Shown here piece after piece: positions 1 through 9,808 of a DNA stretch of 64,000 nucleotides. Each line of letters starts with the position of its first letter. Position 1 is the stretch's first letter. The notes below the pieces were generated by a model that worked only from the letters and a program-made list of their open reading frames with translations, made no database searches and had not been told where the DNA came from. Source of the DNA: Verrucomicrobiia bacterium (GTDB lineage Bacteria > Verrucomicrobiota > Verrucomicrobiia > Limisphaerales > JAJOIW01); the NCBI GenBank assembly GCA_030425355.1, contig JAUIAG010000001.1, positions 790 through 64,789 on the forward strand, read 5' to 3'. The position numbers were made by a program, and so were the translations under genes.

Positions 1-240
1 TACACACTCTTATCATCGGAGTAAAATTCTTTCAATTGACAGACTTTCCGGGTGCCGGGGGCTGCCACACAGGGCCTCCATACGATGCCACACTCAAGCC
101 GTTAATCAATAGGGAGTTACAGAAAATGATCGGAGTCGGGGAGCGGAAAAAAAATTTTAGAGAAATGTGAAATTTCCCGACGCGGGGGAATTGGTTTTGA
201 CCGCAGGCGACCGGGAGTGCGATGATGCAACCATCCAGAA

Positions 241-3045
241 ATGATGAACTTGCAAACCAATTATTGGACACGGGTGGTTGCCGCCATGGTGTTACTGGCA
301 GCTTTAAAAGCGTGGGACGGGACGGCATCACCGGTTCTCCCGGGCTATGAGAGGCTCCGGACCGACAACTCGACCACGGCTGAGTTCCGTGGAGAACTGC
401 TGCTTGGCGAACTGGGATGTGTCAATTGTCACAAGGCAGGTGAGGTGGTGGCGGCACGACTCGGCACCCCGACAGCTCCGGATCTGACCGGCATAGGCGC
501 GAGGGTCACGCCGCAATGGCTGACCAACTACCTTCTTGACACACACGGGGTCAAGGATGGCGGGAAGATGCCGGATATCTTTCATTCCTCCGCCCCACAG
601 GCCAAGGCCGGGGCCATCCGCTTTCTGGTGGATTTCCTCAGCAGCCGCGGCGGTCCGATTGAGCCGGCCACCATTGGAGGAACTGAAACCATGGTGGAGA
701 GGGGCAGAACGCTGTTCCATTCGGTCGGCTGTGTGGCCTGTCATGCCCCTGAAGGCGTGGACGTGTCGGGGGCGCGGTCGGTACCCCTGCCCGATCTGGC
801 GGCCAAGACCACGGTCGACCAGCTTGTGGCGTTCCTGCTTGATCCGACAGCCCATCGTCCGTCCGGACGCATGCCTTCCCTCAAGCTGGAAGACGCGGAA
901 GCGCGCGATCTGGCCGTCTACCTGCTGCGTGGTCAGATGGAAGCTGCCGATGCGGACAAACCCGCCCAGGTGGAAGGCATAGGCTATGAGTATTACGAGG
1001 TCAGCGGTCTCTCGGCCATTCCCGATTACGATTCACTTGAGCCGGTGCAGAAAGGGGTCGTCCGGGAATTCTCTGTCAACATCCCGTCGCGGAGCCGGAA
1101 TGACGGCTTTGCCATCCGTTTCAGGGCGTCACTGGACATCAGCGAGGAAGGCAACTACCGGTTCTGGACCTCCTCGGATGACGGCTCACGCCTTCTCATC
1201 GACGGCAATGTTGTCGTCGACAACGACGGCATTCACCCCAACCAGGTAAGAAACGGGCGTGTCCAGCTTTCCAGGGGGTCGCATGACCTCGAAGTTCTCT
1301 ATTTCGAGGGCGGCGGCGAGGAAGTGCTGCAGGTCCAGTGGGCAGGCCCCGGGATCCAGCGCGGGCCGATCCCCATCGAAAGACTGACCACGGCAACCGG
1401 GATCGAAATGCGGCCGACCACGTGGACTGAAAATTACCGGCCGGACCCGAACAACGCCGGAATGGGATCGCGGATGTTCGCAGCGATGCGCTGTGTCAAC
1501 TGCCACGAAATGCCGGGTATCCAGCCCATGAGTCCGGCGCCCGATCTGGCGGACCTGAATGTCGACAACCCGCAGGGATGCCTGGGTGACAACCTGTCGC
1601 GACGGGCACCTCAATACCGCCTCACACAGGATCAGAAAAGTGACATGGCCGCCGCAGTGCGCAGTCTGAAGGCCGGAGCGGAGCCACTCAGCCCTGCCGC
1701 CACCGTGAAGCGGACGATGGCTTCATTCAACTGTTACGCCTGCCATCAGCGCGATGGGATCGGCGGCCCGGATGAATCCCGGCGGCAGTTTTTCACCACC
1801 AACAGCGAGATCGACCTCGGCGAGGAGGGGTCCATCCCGCCACACCTGAATTTCGCCGGAGCCAAATTCAAACCGGCAGCCCTGAAGCGAATTATCACCC
1901 GCGGAGAGCTGCACGTGCGCCACTATATGACCACCCGGATGCCGATGTTCGCGGAGGAGCACATTGAGCCTTTCCTGACCGCCATCCACCAGGTGGACGC
2001 CATGGAAAACAACAGCGTCGAACCGCCATTCTCCGAGGAAAGAATTGATTTCGGACGGAAATTTGTGGGTGTGACCGGCGTGGCCTGCGTGACCTGTCAC
2101 GGCGTGGCCGGCCAGAAGGGCATCGGGATCAATGGCATCGACCTCTCGACAGCCTACTCCCGGCTGCAGCCCGGGTGGTTCCAGAAATTCCTGCTCGCCC
2201 CGGCGGATTTCAATCCCGGCACCCGGATGCCGAACTTCTGGCCCGGCGGTCAGACTGCCTTCCCGGACATCCTCGGCGGAAGCAGCACTGCACAGATCCA
2301 GAGCATCTGGAGCTACCTGTCCCTGGGAAAAACCATGCCATTGCCTGAGGGCATCGTGCCTGAAGGCACCGTTGCCATGGAGTTGATTCCCTCGTCCCAG
2401 CCGATAGTCCACCGCACCTTCATGGAGGATGTGGGGCCCCGGGCCATCCTGACCGGCTATCCCCAGAAACTCAATCTCGCGTTCGACGCGAACATCGTCC
2501 GGCTTGCCAAACTGTGGCGGGGCCGCTTCTTTGACGCCAGCGGGGTAGCCAGCGGGCGCACCGACCGGTTCCTGTCGCCACTGGGAACCGACGTCCTCGA
2601 CCTCCCGGCCGGCCCGGCTGTCGCCATCCTCGATTCTGCGAACGCCTCATGGCCGCAGGCCGGAAAGACATCCCGCGATATCGGCGGTGATTTCAAGGGC
2701 TACACCCTGGATGAAAAGATGCAGCCCGTGTTCCGGTACCGGCTGAATTCTCTGGAAATCGAGGAATACCCGCAACCGGTTCTCGAACCGGGCGGACCGT
2801 CGCTGAAACGCCAATTCATGTTTTCCGGTCAGGTTCCCGACGGGAAGTCCGCCTGGCTTCTCATGGCCAGCGGAACTGAGATTTCAAAAACTGCCGGCGG
2901 TTACCTCGTCGACGGGAAGGTCGCCATCGAAACCACGATACCCGATGACTCAATCCGCATAATTGACGACGGATCCGTCAGGAGGCTTCAGGCGCGTGTG
3001 GAGCCGCAGTCCAATCCTCAGCTTGCCTACAAGATCAAATGGTGA
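241..3045 (+). CDS. Secreted multi-haem c-type cytochrome with embedded PA14 domain
   Basis: 934-aa ORF with ATG start and a hydrophobic signal-like N-terminus. It has five CxxCH motifs (CVNCH, CVACH, CVNCH, CYACH, CVTCH). Residues ~245-390 fit the PA14 pattern (FAIRFRASLDISEEGNYRFWTSSDDGSRLLIDG...LEVLYFEGGGEEVLQVQWAGPG). Confidence 0.8.
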   Translation: MMNLQTNYWTRVVAAMVLLAALKAWDGTASPVLPGYERLRTDNSTTAEFRGELLLGELGCVNCHKAGEVVAARLGTPTAPDLTGIGARVTPQWLTNYLLDTHGVKDGGKMPDIFHSSAPQAKAGAIRFLVDFLSSRGGPIEPATIGGTETMVERGRTLFHSVGCVACHAPEGVDVSGARSVPLPDLAAKTTVDQLVAFLLDPTAHRPSGRMPSLKLEDAEARDLAVYLLRGQMEAADADKPAQVEGIGYEYYEVSGLSAIPDYDSLEPVQKGVVREFSVNIPSRSRNDGFAIRFRASLDISEEGNYRFWTSSDDGSRLLIDGNVVVDNDGIHPNQVRNGRVQLSRGSHDLEVLYFEGGGEEVLQVQWAGPGIQRGPIPIERLTTATGIEMRPTTWTENYRPDPNNAGMGSRMFAAMRCVNCHEMPGIQPMSPAPDLADLNVDNPQGCLGDNLSRRAPQYRLTQDQKSDMAAAVRSLKAGAEPLSPAATVKRTMASFNCYACHQRDGIGGPDESRRQFFTTNSEIDLGEEGSIPPHLNFAGAKFKPAALKRIITRGELHVRHYMTTRMPMFAEEHIEPFLTAIHQVDAMENNSVEPPFSEERIDFGRKFVGVTGVACVTCHGVAGQKGIGINGIDLSTAYSRLQPGWFQKFLLAPADFNPGTRMPNFWPGGQTAFPDILGGSSTAQIQSIWSYLSLGKTMPLPEGIVPEGTVAMELIPSSQPIVHRTFMEDVGPRAILTGYPQKLNLAFDANIVRLAKLWRGRFFDASGVASGRTDRFLSPLGTDVLDLPAGPAVAILDSANASWPQAGKTSRDIGGDFKGYTLDEKMQPVFRYRLNSLEIEEYPQPVLEPGGPSLKRQFMFSGQVPDGKSAWLLMASGTEISKTAGGYLVDGKVAIETTIPDDSIRIIDDGSVRRLQARVEPQSNPQLAYKIKW

Positions 3046-3051
3046 ACACTC

Positions 3052-4602
3052 ATGCCTTTTTCAAAATCCAATCCTTTGCCTGACATGAAAAACAGAATGA
3101 ACAGATGGATGCCCACGGTGGCAATGCTGGCAACCGGCATCGCAGGCTGGGCCGGAATTCAGACGCAGACAGCCAGCGCGGCCGATGAGTCGGACTATTA
3201 CACCATCGAGACCTTCAACATCCCCGACGGCATGACCATGGAAGTGGGTGCGATGCTGACCCTCGGAAACGGCAACCTGCTTCTCGGGACACGCACCGGC
3301 GATGTCTACATGCTGGAAAATCCCTATGGCGATGTTGAGAAACCGGTGTTCAAGCTGTGGACCCGCGGTCTGGCGCAGCCCCTCGGCTTCCTCGAACATG
3401 ACGGGTGGATTTACACAGCCCAGCGCGGTGAACTCACCCGCATGAAGGACTCGGATGGCGACGGCACTGTCGACACCTTCGAGACCGTCAACGACGACTG
3501 GGAAATCTCGGGCAACTACCATGAATACAACTTCGGCCCCAGACTGGATCCGGAGGGATGGATGTGGGTCACCACCAACAAACCCTTCGGTGGAGAGCCG
3601 TATGGCCGGGCCCACTGGCGCGGATGGGCAGTGCGTATCAACCCTAAAACCGGTGAAATGCAGCCCATGGCGGCCGGACTCCGCTCACCGGCCGGGGTCG
3701 AGACCAGTCCGTGGGGCGATATTTTCTATACCGACAACCAGGGCGAATGGTGCAATGCCTCCAAACTCTCCCACCTTGAATTCGGTGACTATCACGGCCA
3801 TCCCCACGGACTGATCACCCGCGAGATGGCCGGCCCGCCCTTCAACCAGTTTCCGGATCCGGTATCCGGGACATACATGAAGGACATGAAGGAACAGAAT
3901 CCACACTTCAAGATGCCGGCGGTGTGGTTTCCCTACGACAAGATGGGCAAGAGTCCGTGCGGCTTCAAATGGGATACCACCAATGGCAAATTCGGGCCCT
4001 TCGACGGTCAGCTTTTTGTTTCCGACCAGCACCATGCATGGATCATGCGGGTGAGTCTTGAGAATGTGAACGGCCACTGGCAGGGAGCCTGTTACCGGTT
4101 CCGTGAGGGCTATCAGTGCGGGATCCTCCGCCTTGAATTCGGGAAGGACAATTCGCTTTTTGTAGGCATGTCCAATGCCGGCTGGGGCGGCCGCGGCAAC
4201 AGCCCGTGGGGACTCCAGCGCACCCGGTGGACCGGCGAGGTGCCCTTTGAAATCCATACCATGAATGCCAAACCGGACGGCTTCGAACTGAACTTCACTC
4301 AGGCGGTCGACAGGCAGGTGGCGGCTCAGCTGGCAAATTATGCGATGGAGAGCTACACCTACAAGCTCGAGAGCCGTTATGGCGGCCCCGAAGCCGACAA
4401 GAAAAAGGTCAATATCGAGAATGTGGCCATCAGCGAGGACGGCAAATCCGTCCGGCTCTTCACCAGTGACCTTCGTGCCGGATATGTCCACGAGCTGATA
4501 CTCTCGAATTTCCGGAACGACGCGGGAGTCGACCTGCTTCACCCGGAGGCCTACTACACGCTGGTCAACATTCCTGATGACCGGCAGGCATCGACCGACT
4601 AG
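3052..4602 (+). CDS. Secreted beta-propeller protein, PVC-type putative membrane-bound (sorbosone/glucose) dehydrogenase-like
   Basis: 516-aa ORF starting 6 nt after the cytochrome gene. It has a signal-like N-terminus (MLATGIAGWAGIQTQTASA; alternative start at 3085). Propeller-type segments are present (GTRTGDVYML, GWIYTAQRGE, PAGVETSPWGDIFYTDNQGEW). The family assignment is from memory of the pattern only. Confidence 0.55.
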   Translation: MPFSKSNPLPDMKNRMNRWMPTVAMLATGIAGWAGIQTQTASAADESDYYTIETFNIPDGMTMEVGAMLTLGNGNLLLGTRTGDVYMLENPYGDVEKPVFKLWTRGLAQPLGFLEHDGWIYTAQRGELTRMKDSDGDGTVDTFETVNDDWEISGNYHEYNFGPRLDPEGWMWVTTNKPFGGEPYGRAHWRGWAVRINPKTGEMQPMAAGLRSPAGVETSPWGDIFYTDNQGEWCNASKLSHLEFGDYHGHPHGLITREMAGPPFNQFPDPVSGTYMKDMKEQNPHFKMPAVWFPYDKMGKSPCGFKWDTTNGKFGPFDGQLFVSDQHHAWIMRVSLENVNGHWQGACYRFREGYQCGILRLEFGKDNSLFVGMSNAGWGGRGNSPWGLQRTRWTGEVPFEIHTMNAKPDGFELNFTQAVDRQVAAQLANYAMESYTYKLESRYGGPEADKKKVNIENVAISEDGKSVRLFTSDLRAGYVHELILSNFRNDAGVDLLHPEAYYTLVNIPDDRQASTD

Positions 4603-4727
4603 AGCGACTGCCCCCGAAATCGTCGGCGGACATCTCTGCAGACTCTTCCATGGCCCCGGCATCCGGGGCCTTTTTCGTGCACAGTCAGCGCTGTTCAAGT
4701 GCGATGGTCTGCCTTATGTTCTGGAGC

Positions 4728-5873
4728 ATGCCAGTGGTTCTAGCCGGAGTTCCGCACACCAACCGGACTCTCTATCATCGGATTCAGTTTGCCGTCGGAG
4801 ACAGTGCCGCCCTAATCGAGGGACTGGGGCAGCAGGGACAGTCCCTGCTTCTCGTGCGCGATATCGAAATGCCGCGGGCCCGGCAGTTGGCGAAGGCCGA
4901 TGACATCGGCTGTGCCGCGGATTTTGCACCGGAGGGCGGACTTTCAGGCGACCGGGATACGGCACTGGCCCAGGCGGTCGCGGAATGCCTTCGGCGCAAC
5001 CACGTGCAGAGGGTTACCACCGACCGTTCACTGCCCTTCATTTTTGCATGGCACATCCATCAGGCCGGAATCAGTCTCGATTACGATCCGGACCTGGGAG
5101 TCATGGAACGGCGCATTAAGTCGGAGGAGGAAATTGACTGGCTGACACGGGCGCAGAAGCAAACAGCTGAAGTCATGACCATGGCATGCCGGCTGATCGC
5201 CCGGGCGGATGCCGCCGCCGACGGGACCCTGATGCACGAAGGCGAACCGCTGACATCCGAAAAGGTCCGTCGCGCCATCACTCTCTATCTCCTCGACCGC
5301 GGCTTCTCGACACCCCATGACTCCATTGTGGCAACCGTGCCGCATGTTGCCGACTGTCATCACTTCGGCACCGGCCCGCTGCGCACCGGACAGCCGGTGA
5401 TTGTGGACATATTTCCATGTGATGAGACCACGCACTACAACGGCGACTGCACACGCACCGTGGTTCACGGCGAGCCGTCGGAGATGGTCAGGCGGATGCA
5501 CGCCGCCGTGGCCGAGGCACGGACTGCCGGCAGCCATGCACTGAAACCGGGAACCACCGGCGAACAGGTTCATAAAGCCACAGTTCAGAAGCTGATGGAT
5601 CATGGTTTCGGTTTCCGCAGGGGAGCAGGCGACATGGAAAACCCCGAACCGGTCATGCGGCACGGAACCGGGCACGGAATCGGTCTTGATGTCCACGAAC
5701 CGATACTCCTCGATGAGGGCGGTGGAGAAATCCATGCCGGCGAGGTTTTCACGGTGGAACCGGGACTCTACTCCGCCATCCACGGCGGAGTCCGCATCGA
5801 GGACATGGTGCTGGTCACGCCAACAGGCCACCGGGTGCTCTGCCCGCTCCACGACTCCCTCGACTGGTCCTGA
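4728..5873 (+). CDS. M24B family Xaa-Pro peptidase (aminopeptidase P / prolidase-like)
   Basis: Metal-ligand motifs HGTGHGIGLDVHEP, VFTVEPGLY and GGVRIEDMVLVT are present. The ORF opens at 4650, but MPVVLAGVPHTNRTLYHRIQF (ATG 4728) looks like the family N-terminus, so the start is uncertain. Confidence 0.85.
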   Translation: MPVVLAGVPHTNRTLYHRIQFAVGDSAALIEGLGQQGQSLLLVRDIEMPRARQLAKADDIGCAADFAPEGGLSGDRDTALAQAVAECLRRNHVQRVTTDRSLPFIFAWHIHQAGISLDYDPDLGVMERRIKSEEEIDWLTRAQKQTAEVMTMACRLIARADAAADGTLMHEGEPLTSEKVRRAITLYLLDRGFSTPHDSIVATVPHVADCHHFGTGPLRTGQPVIVDIFPCDETTHYNGDCTRTVVHGEPSEMVRRMHAAVAEARTAGSHALKPGTTGEQVHKATVQKLMDHGFGFRRGAGDMENPEPVMRHGTGHGIGLDVHEPILLDEGGGEIHAGEVFTVEPGLYSAIHGGVRIEDMVLVTPTGHRVLCPLHDSLDWS

Positions 5874-5966
5874 CCCCGAATTCAATTTTGAATTAAAAAA
5901 ATCATTATTCACACAGGCAGTGCAAGTCTGCCACCAGAGTGCCTGGCACCGAAAAACCGCTATGAT

Positions 5967-6659
5967 ATGAAGACACACAACAGACTGATCCATTTCATTT
6001 CCGGAATTATGGCTGTCGCCATCCACCTGACTGCCGCATCAACTGCGTTCGGGCAGGAAAGCGCCGGGTCGGACGCGGCGGGCCCGACGACTGCAACCGC
6101 TGCCGACGCTGCCACAAACGCTCATTCCCCGACGATTGTGGTCGTAGCCGGTCCGCGGACCTCCCCGCTTCCGGAAAAATCGGTCATGCAGGACCTGACG
6201 GTTTCCAGTCCGCTGGTGGTTCCGTCCGGCCACAGTTTCATACTGACTGATATCGTTTACTCGAGCGAAGTTGACTTTGTGATCAACAGCTCCGCCAATT
6301 TCCCCCATGTGAGTGGCCGGCTGCGTCTGTCTGCCAGCTACGGACTCAGTTCCAGCGGCACAGTGGATGCGCCGGAGGGCCATATTTTTGACACGATCCG
6401 GATCCCGGGCAGCGAGAGTGCGGCCGGGGCCCTGTCGATTGACTGGACGACCACCATGGCGGTTCATGTGCGTCACATGGGGTTCCGGCACGGGATCGCC
6501 TACCCGCAGGGGGCACGGCTGAGTCATCAGGTGATCGGCCCCGCCGGACAGAACCCCAACAACATCACCCTCATCGGATATTTCCAGCCGGATGAACCGG
6601 TCTTCACGGCTTCAGACCTCCAGGAGGCCCTGCAGAAAATCATCAACGGGGACGAGTAG
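5967..6659 (+). CDS. Hypothetical secreted protein
   Basis: 230-aa ORF with ATG start and a signal peptide-like N-terminus (ISGIMAVAIHLTAASTAFGQ). No recognisable motif. Confidence 0.5.
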   Translation: MKTHNRLIHFISGIMAVAIHLTAASTAFGQESAGSDAAGPTTATAADAATNAHSPTIVVVAGPRTSPLPEKSVMQDLTVSSPLVVPSGHSFILTDIVYSSEVDFVINSSANFPHVSGRLRLSASYGLSSSGTVDAPEGHIFDTIRIPGSESAAGALSIDWTTTMAVHVRHMGFRHGIAYPQGARLSHQVIGPAGQNPNNITLIGYFQPDEPVFTASDLQEALQKIINGDE

Positions 6660-6804
6660 CAGCCGGAAGCACGGGACTGGTGCCGACCCGTCCGTACCTG
6701 GCACCATGCACCGATTGTTCAGACATGCATCCGGAGATTGATCCGCCGGTATTGCCTGAACGACGGGCCTTCAGGAAACACTTCTTTGATCCGAATCGAA
6801 AACA

Positions 6805-7962
6805 GTGAGCCAGCATCACAAATCTCAGAGCGAAGCAAAAACCCTCAGGGCAGCGATCATCATGCCTCTTGGCGAACAGCGGGGCGGTGGCGAAAAGAAC
6901 CTTTGGGACCTCATGGACGAGGGACGGCAGGGGCCGGTCGAGTGGGTTGTCATTTTCCAGCAGGACGGGCCTCTGGTTGAGGAAGTCAGGAATATGGGCG
7001 TGGAAACCCACGTGGTTCCCAGCGGCCGCTTCAGGGATGTTGCAGCCTTCCTGAAGTCTATCCGCAACATTGCCTCCATTGTGCGCCGACAGGAGATTGA
7101 TGTGATCATTGCGTGGATGTGGAGTGCTCACCTTTATGGCAGTCTGGCAGGACTTTTATCCGGGCGGCCATCCATTCTCTCGCAGGTTGAGGTCCCGGAT
7201 GACTTCTGGCTGAAGCGACTGGTGACCCGTCTGCCATCGCGGGGCATCCTGATCAATTCGGGAGACGGACTGGAGAGGCTCCGGCGGTTCATGCCGGGTG
7301 CGTCGAAAAAGTTCCGTCTGGTCTACCCTGGAGCGGATCTCAAGCGCTTCGATCCGGACAAGCTGGCCACCCCGGCCGGGCTGCGCGAAAAGCTGGGGCT
7401 TCCGGTCAATGGGCCGGTGATCGGTCTGGTCGGGCGGCTTCAGCGCTGGAAGGGAGCCCATGTTCTCATCAAGGCCATGCCGGCGGTGCTGGAGAAGCAC
7501 CCGGATGCCACCTGTGTGATTGTTGGCGGAAAGCATGACCCTGAACCCGATTACGGCGACTACCTCGAGAACCTCATCCAGGAACTGAACCTCGGGGACA
7601 AGGTCCGTCTGGCAGGACTGCAGCGCAACATCCCGGAATGGATGCAGGCCATGGACATCGTGGTTCATGCTTCCGACAAGGAACCATTCGGGCTGGTCAT
7701 CATTGAGGGAATGGCTCTTGGCAAACCCATGGTTGCCACTGACGAGGGAGGCCCCGCGGAAATCATCACCCCGGAAGTTCATGGCATCCTCACTCCCTAC
7801 GGAGATTCTGAGGCACTGGCGCAGGCCCTGTGCCGCTACCTCGGTGACCCTGAATTCGCAGCCGTGATGGGCTCGGCAGCCCGTCAGCGAGCCCGTGATT
7901 TCTCCACCTCGAAGTATGCGGAGAATTTCAGTGCCGCGATCCTCGACCTCTGCGGCCGGTAA
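6805..7962 (+). CDS. Glycosyltransferase family 4 (GT-B fold)
   Basis: C-terminal GT4 motif EPFGLVIIEGMALGKPMVATDEGGPAEII and N-terminal GGGEKNL glycine loop. GTG start at 6805; alternative ATG at 6862. Confidence 0.85.
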   Translation: MSQHHKSQSEAKTLRAAIIMPLGEQRGGGEKNLWDLMDEGRQGPVEWVVIFQQDGPLVEEVRNMGVETHVVPSGRFRDVAAFLKSIRNIASIVRRQEIDVIIAWMWSAHLYGSLAGLLSGRPSILSQVEVPDDFWLKRLVTRLPSRGILINSGDGLERLRRFMPGASKKFRLVYPGADLKRFDPDKLATPAGLREKLGLPVNGPVIGLVGRLQRWKGAHVLIKAMPAVLEKHPDATCVIVGGKHDPEPDYGDYLENLIQELNLGDKVRLAGLQRNIPEWMQAMDIVVHASDKEPFGLVIIEGMALGKPMVATDEGGPAEIITPEVHGILTPYGDSEALAQALCRYLGDPEFAAVMGSAARQRARDFSTSKYAENFSAAILDLCGR

Positions 7963-8088
7963 CACCCGTCCCCCCACCCCGACCGGCTGAGTTTCCCGCT
8001 TCACAGGAGTCCACTCAAATTCCCGGTCATGCCGGATCCGGTATTGGAATTGCCAACCGGCCATGCCATGATCGCCGGGATTTAGAAG

Positions 8089-9579
8089 ATGGACGAAACC
8101 AACAAACTCATAGAACAGCGTCGTCAGAAACTCGAAGCCCTCAGGCAGCAGGGCATCGATCCCTATCGCAACAATTTTTCTCCTGACACCAGTTGTGCCC
8201 AGGTCCGCGACAACTACGAGGAAGGCCGCGAGGTCAGGGCGGCAGGCCGCATTGCCGCCCAGCGCATCATGGGCAAGAGCATGTTCGTCCACTTCACCGA
8301 CCAGACGGGAAAGGCTCAGTTCTACGCCTCCCGCAACGACCTTGGCGATGAGGCTTTCGCCACCCTGAAACACGTCGATCTGGGTGACTTCATCGGCGTC
8401 ACCGGGAAGCTCTTCACCACCAAAACCGGCGAAAAAACCATCCACATCACCGATTACGTGCTCCTGTCCAAGGCCCTGCGCCCGCCGCCTGAAAAATTTC
8501 ATGGCCTTGTCGACACCGAGATCCGATACCGGCAGCGGTATCTCGACCTGATGGCCAATCAGGACGTCAAGGACGTGTTTCTGAAGCGCACCCGCATCAT
8601 CTCTGAAATCCGTAAATACCTCGAGTCTCAGGGGTATGTGGAGGTGGAGACGCCGATGATGCAGGCAATCCCGGGCGGTGCTGCGGCACAGCCATTCGTC
8701 ACCCACCACAATGCCCTCGGCTGTGATTTCTACATGCGTATCGCCCTGGAGCTTTACCTCAAACGACTGCTGGTGGGCGGCATAGACCGGGTCTTTGAAA
8801 TCGGCCGGAACTTCCGCAATGAAGGACTTTCACGCCGGCACAACCCGGAGTTCACCATGCTTGAGGCCTATCAGGCCTATGGCGACTACAAATCCATGAT
8901 GGCTCTGGTCCAGGGCATGGTCTGCCATGTGGCTGAAACAGTCCTCGGAACACTGTTCATCGAACATCGCGATGACGATGGCAACGTCATCCGAACCATC
9001 GACCTCACCCCCGACTGGCGGACCGTACGCTACAAGGACCTCATCCGTGAAAAGGCCGGGGAGAACTGGTTCGATCTCACTCCGGAGGAAAGACGTGCCG
9101 GTGCGGTTAAACTTGGCGCTGAAATCCATGACACCGACGAGGATTTCGAAGTCACCAATGCCATTTTCGAGAAGTTCATTGAACCGAATCTGATTCAGCC
9201 CACCTTCGTCACCCACCTTCCGAAGGAGCTGGTCCCACTTGCGAAGATTTCTCCGGATGATCCGAGCACAGTCGAAGTCTTCGAATGCTGCATCAACGGT
9301 CAGGAAATTGCTCCCGCCTATTCGGAACAGAATGATCCTATCCAGCAGCGGGAGACCCTCGAACACCAGGCCGGTGGCGAACAGCAGAAGCTCGATGAGG
9401 ATTTCATCGTCGCCCTCGAACACGGCATGCCCCCTGCCGGAGGCATGGGCATGGGTATCGACCGCCTGTGCATGATGCTCCTCGGCCAGGAGTCGATCCG
9501 AGATGTCATCCTCTTCCCTCAGATGAAACCGCTGCAGAACCCGCAGAAAAAGGAAGCACCGGAAGACGCCGGTAAATAG
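8089..9579 (+). CDS. lysS: Lysine--tRNA ligase, class II
   Basis: 496 aa with an OB-fold N-terminus and class II motifs (FRNEGLSRRHNPEFTMLE, GMPPAGGMGMGIDRLCMLL). Full-length collinearity with LysS. Confidence 0.97.
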   Translation: MDETNKLIEQRRQKLEALRQQGIDPYRNNFSPDTSCAQVRDNYEEGREVRAAGRIAAQRIMGKSMFVHFTDQTGKAQFYASRNDLGDEAFATLKHVDLGDFIGVTGKLFTTKTGEKTIHITDYVLLSKALRPPPEKFHGLVDTEIRYRQRYLDLMANQDVKDVFLKRTRIISEIRKYLESQGYVEVETPMMQAIPGGAAAQPFVTHHNALGCDFYMRIALELYLKRLLVGGIDRVFEIGRNFRNEGLSRRHNPEFTMLEAYQAYGDYKSMMALVQGMVCHVAETVLGTLFIEHRDDDGNVIRTIDLTPDWRTVRYKDLIREKAGENWFDLTPEERRAGAVKLGAEIHDTDEDFEVTNAIFEKFIEPNLIQPTFVTHLPKELVPLAKISPDDPSTVEVFECCINGQEIAPAYSEQNDPIQQRETLEHQAGGEQQKLDEDFIVALEHGMPPAGGMGMGIDRLCMMLLGQESIRDVILFPQMKPLQNPQKKEAPEDAGK

Positions 9580-9808
9580 TCTGTTGTCGCTGCAGCCATT
9601 GAAGCCGGGTCGAATATCTGTCAGGCCAGTAATTAGTTCCCGCCCGGAGGCGGCCACAGGACATAGTCATGCGCGGCGTGATCATCGCCCGGGTAGCACT
9701 GTAATAAAGCTTTATGAGAACTGTGCCGGGAAAGACTGTGACTATTTACCCGCTGACGCGTATGAAAGTGACAGCGGCGGGGATGTGCCGGGAACAGAGA
9801 CCGGTCAA

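Noticed and set aside
32-331. 99-aa minus-strand ORF at the window start.
   Set aside because: It overlaps the start of the cytochrome gene, has no motif and is low-complexity. It is probably non-coding promoter region.
5878-5901. Palindrome gaattcaattttgaattaaaaaaa after the M24 peptidase gene, considered as a terminator.
   Set aside because: The stem is entirely A/T with a 2-nt loop and the run that follows is A rather than T on the coding strand. It is not a credible intrinsic terminator for the plus-strand gene.
7156-8709. 517-aa minus-strand ORF spanning the GT4 gene, the intergenic region and the 5' part of lysS.
   Set aside because: It is antisense to two well-supported genes. Its composition is low-complexity and Arg/Gly/Val/His-rich, typical of the complementary frame in GC-rich DNA, and it has no motifs. 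The same reasoning applies to other long antisense ORFs (3685-4698, 5028-6026, 8830-9657, 10706-11539, 37499-38128, 41094-41732, 59510-60133).
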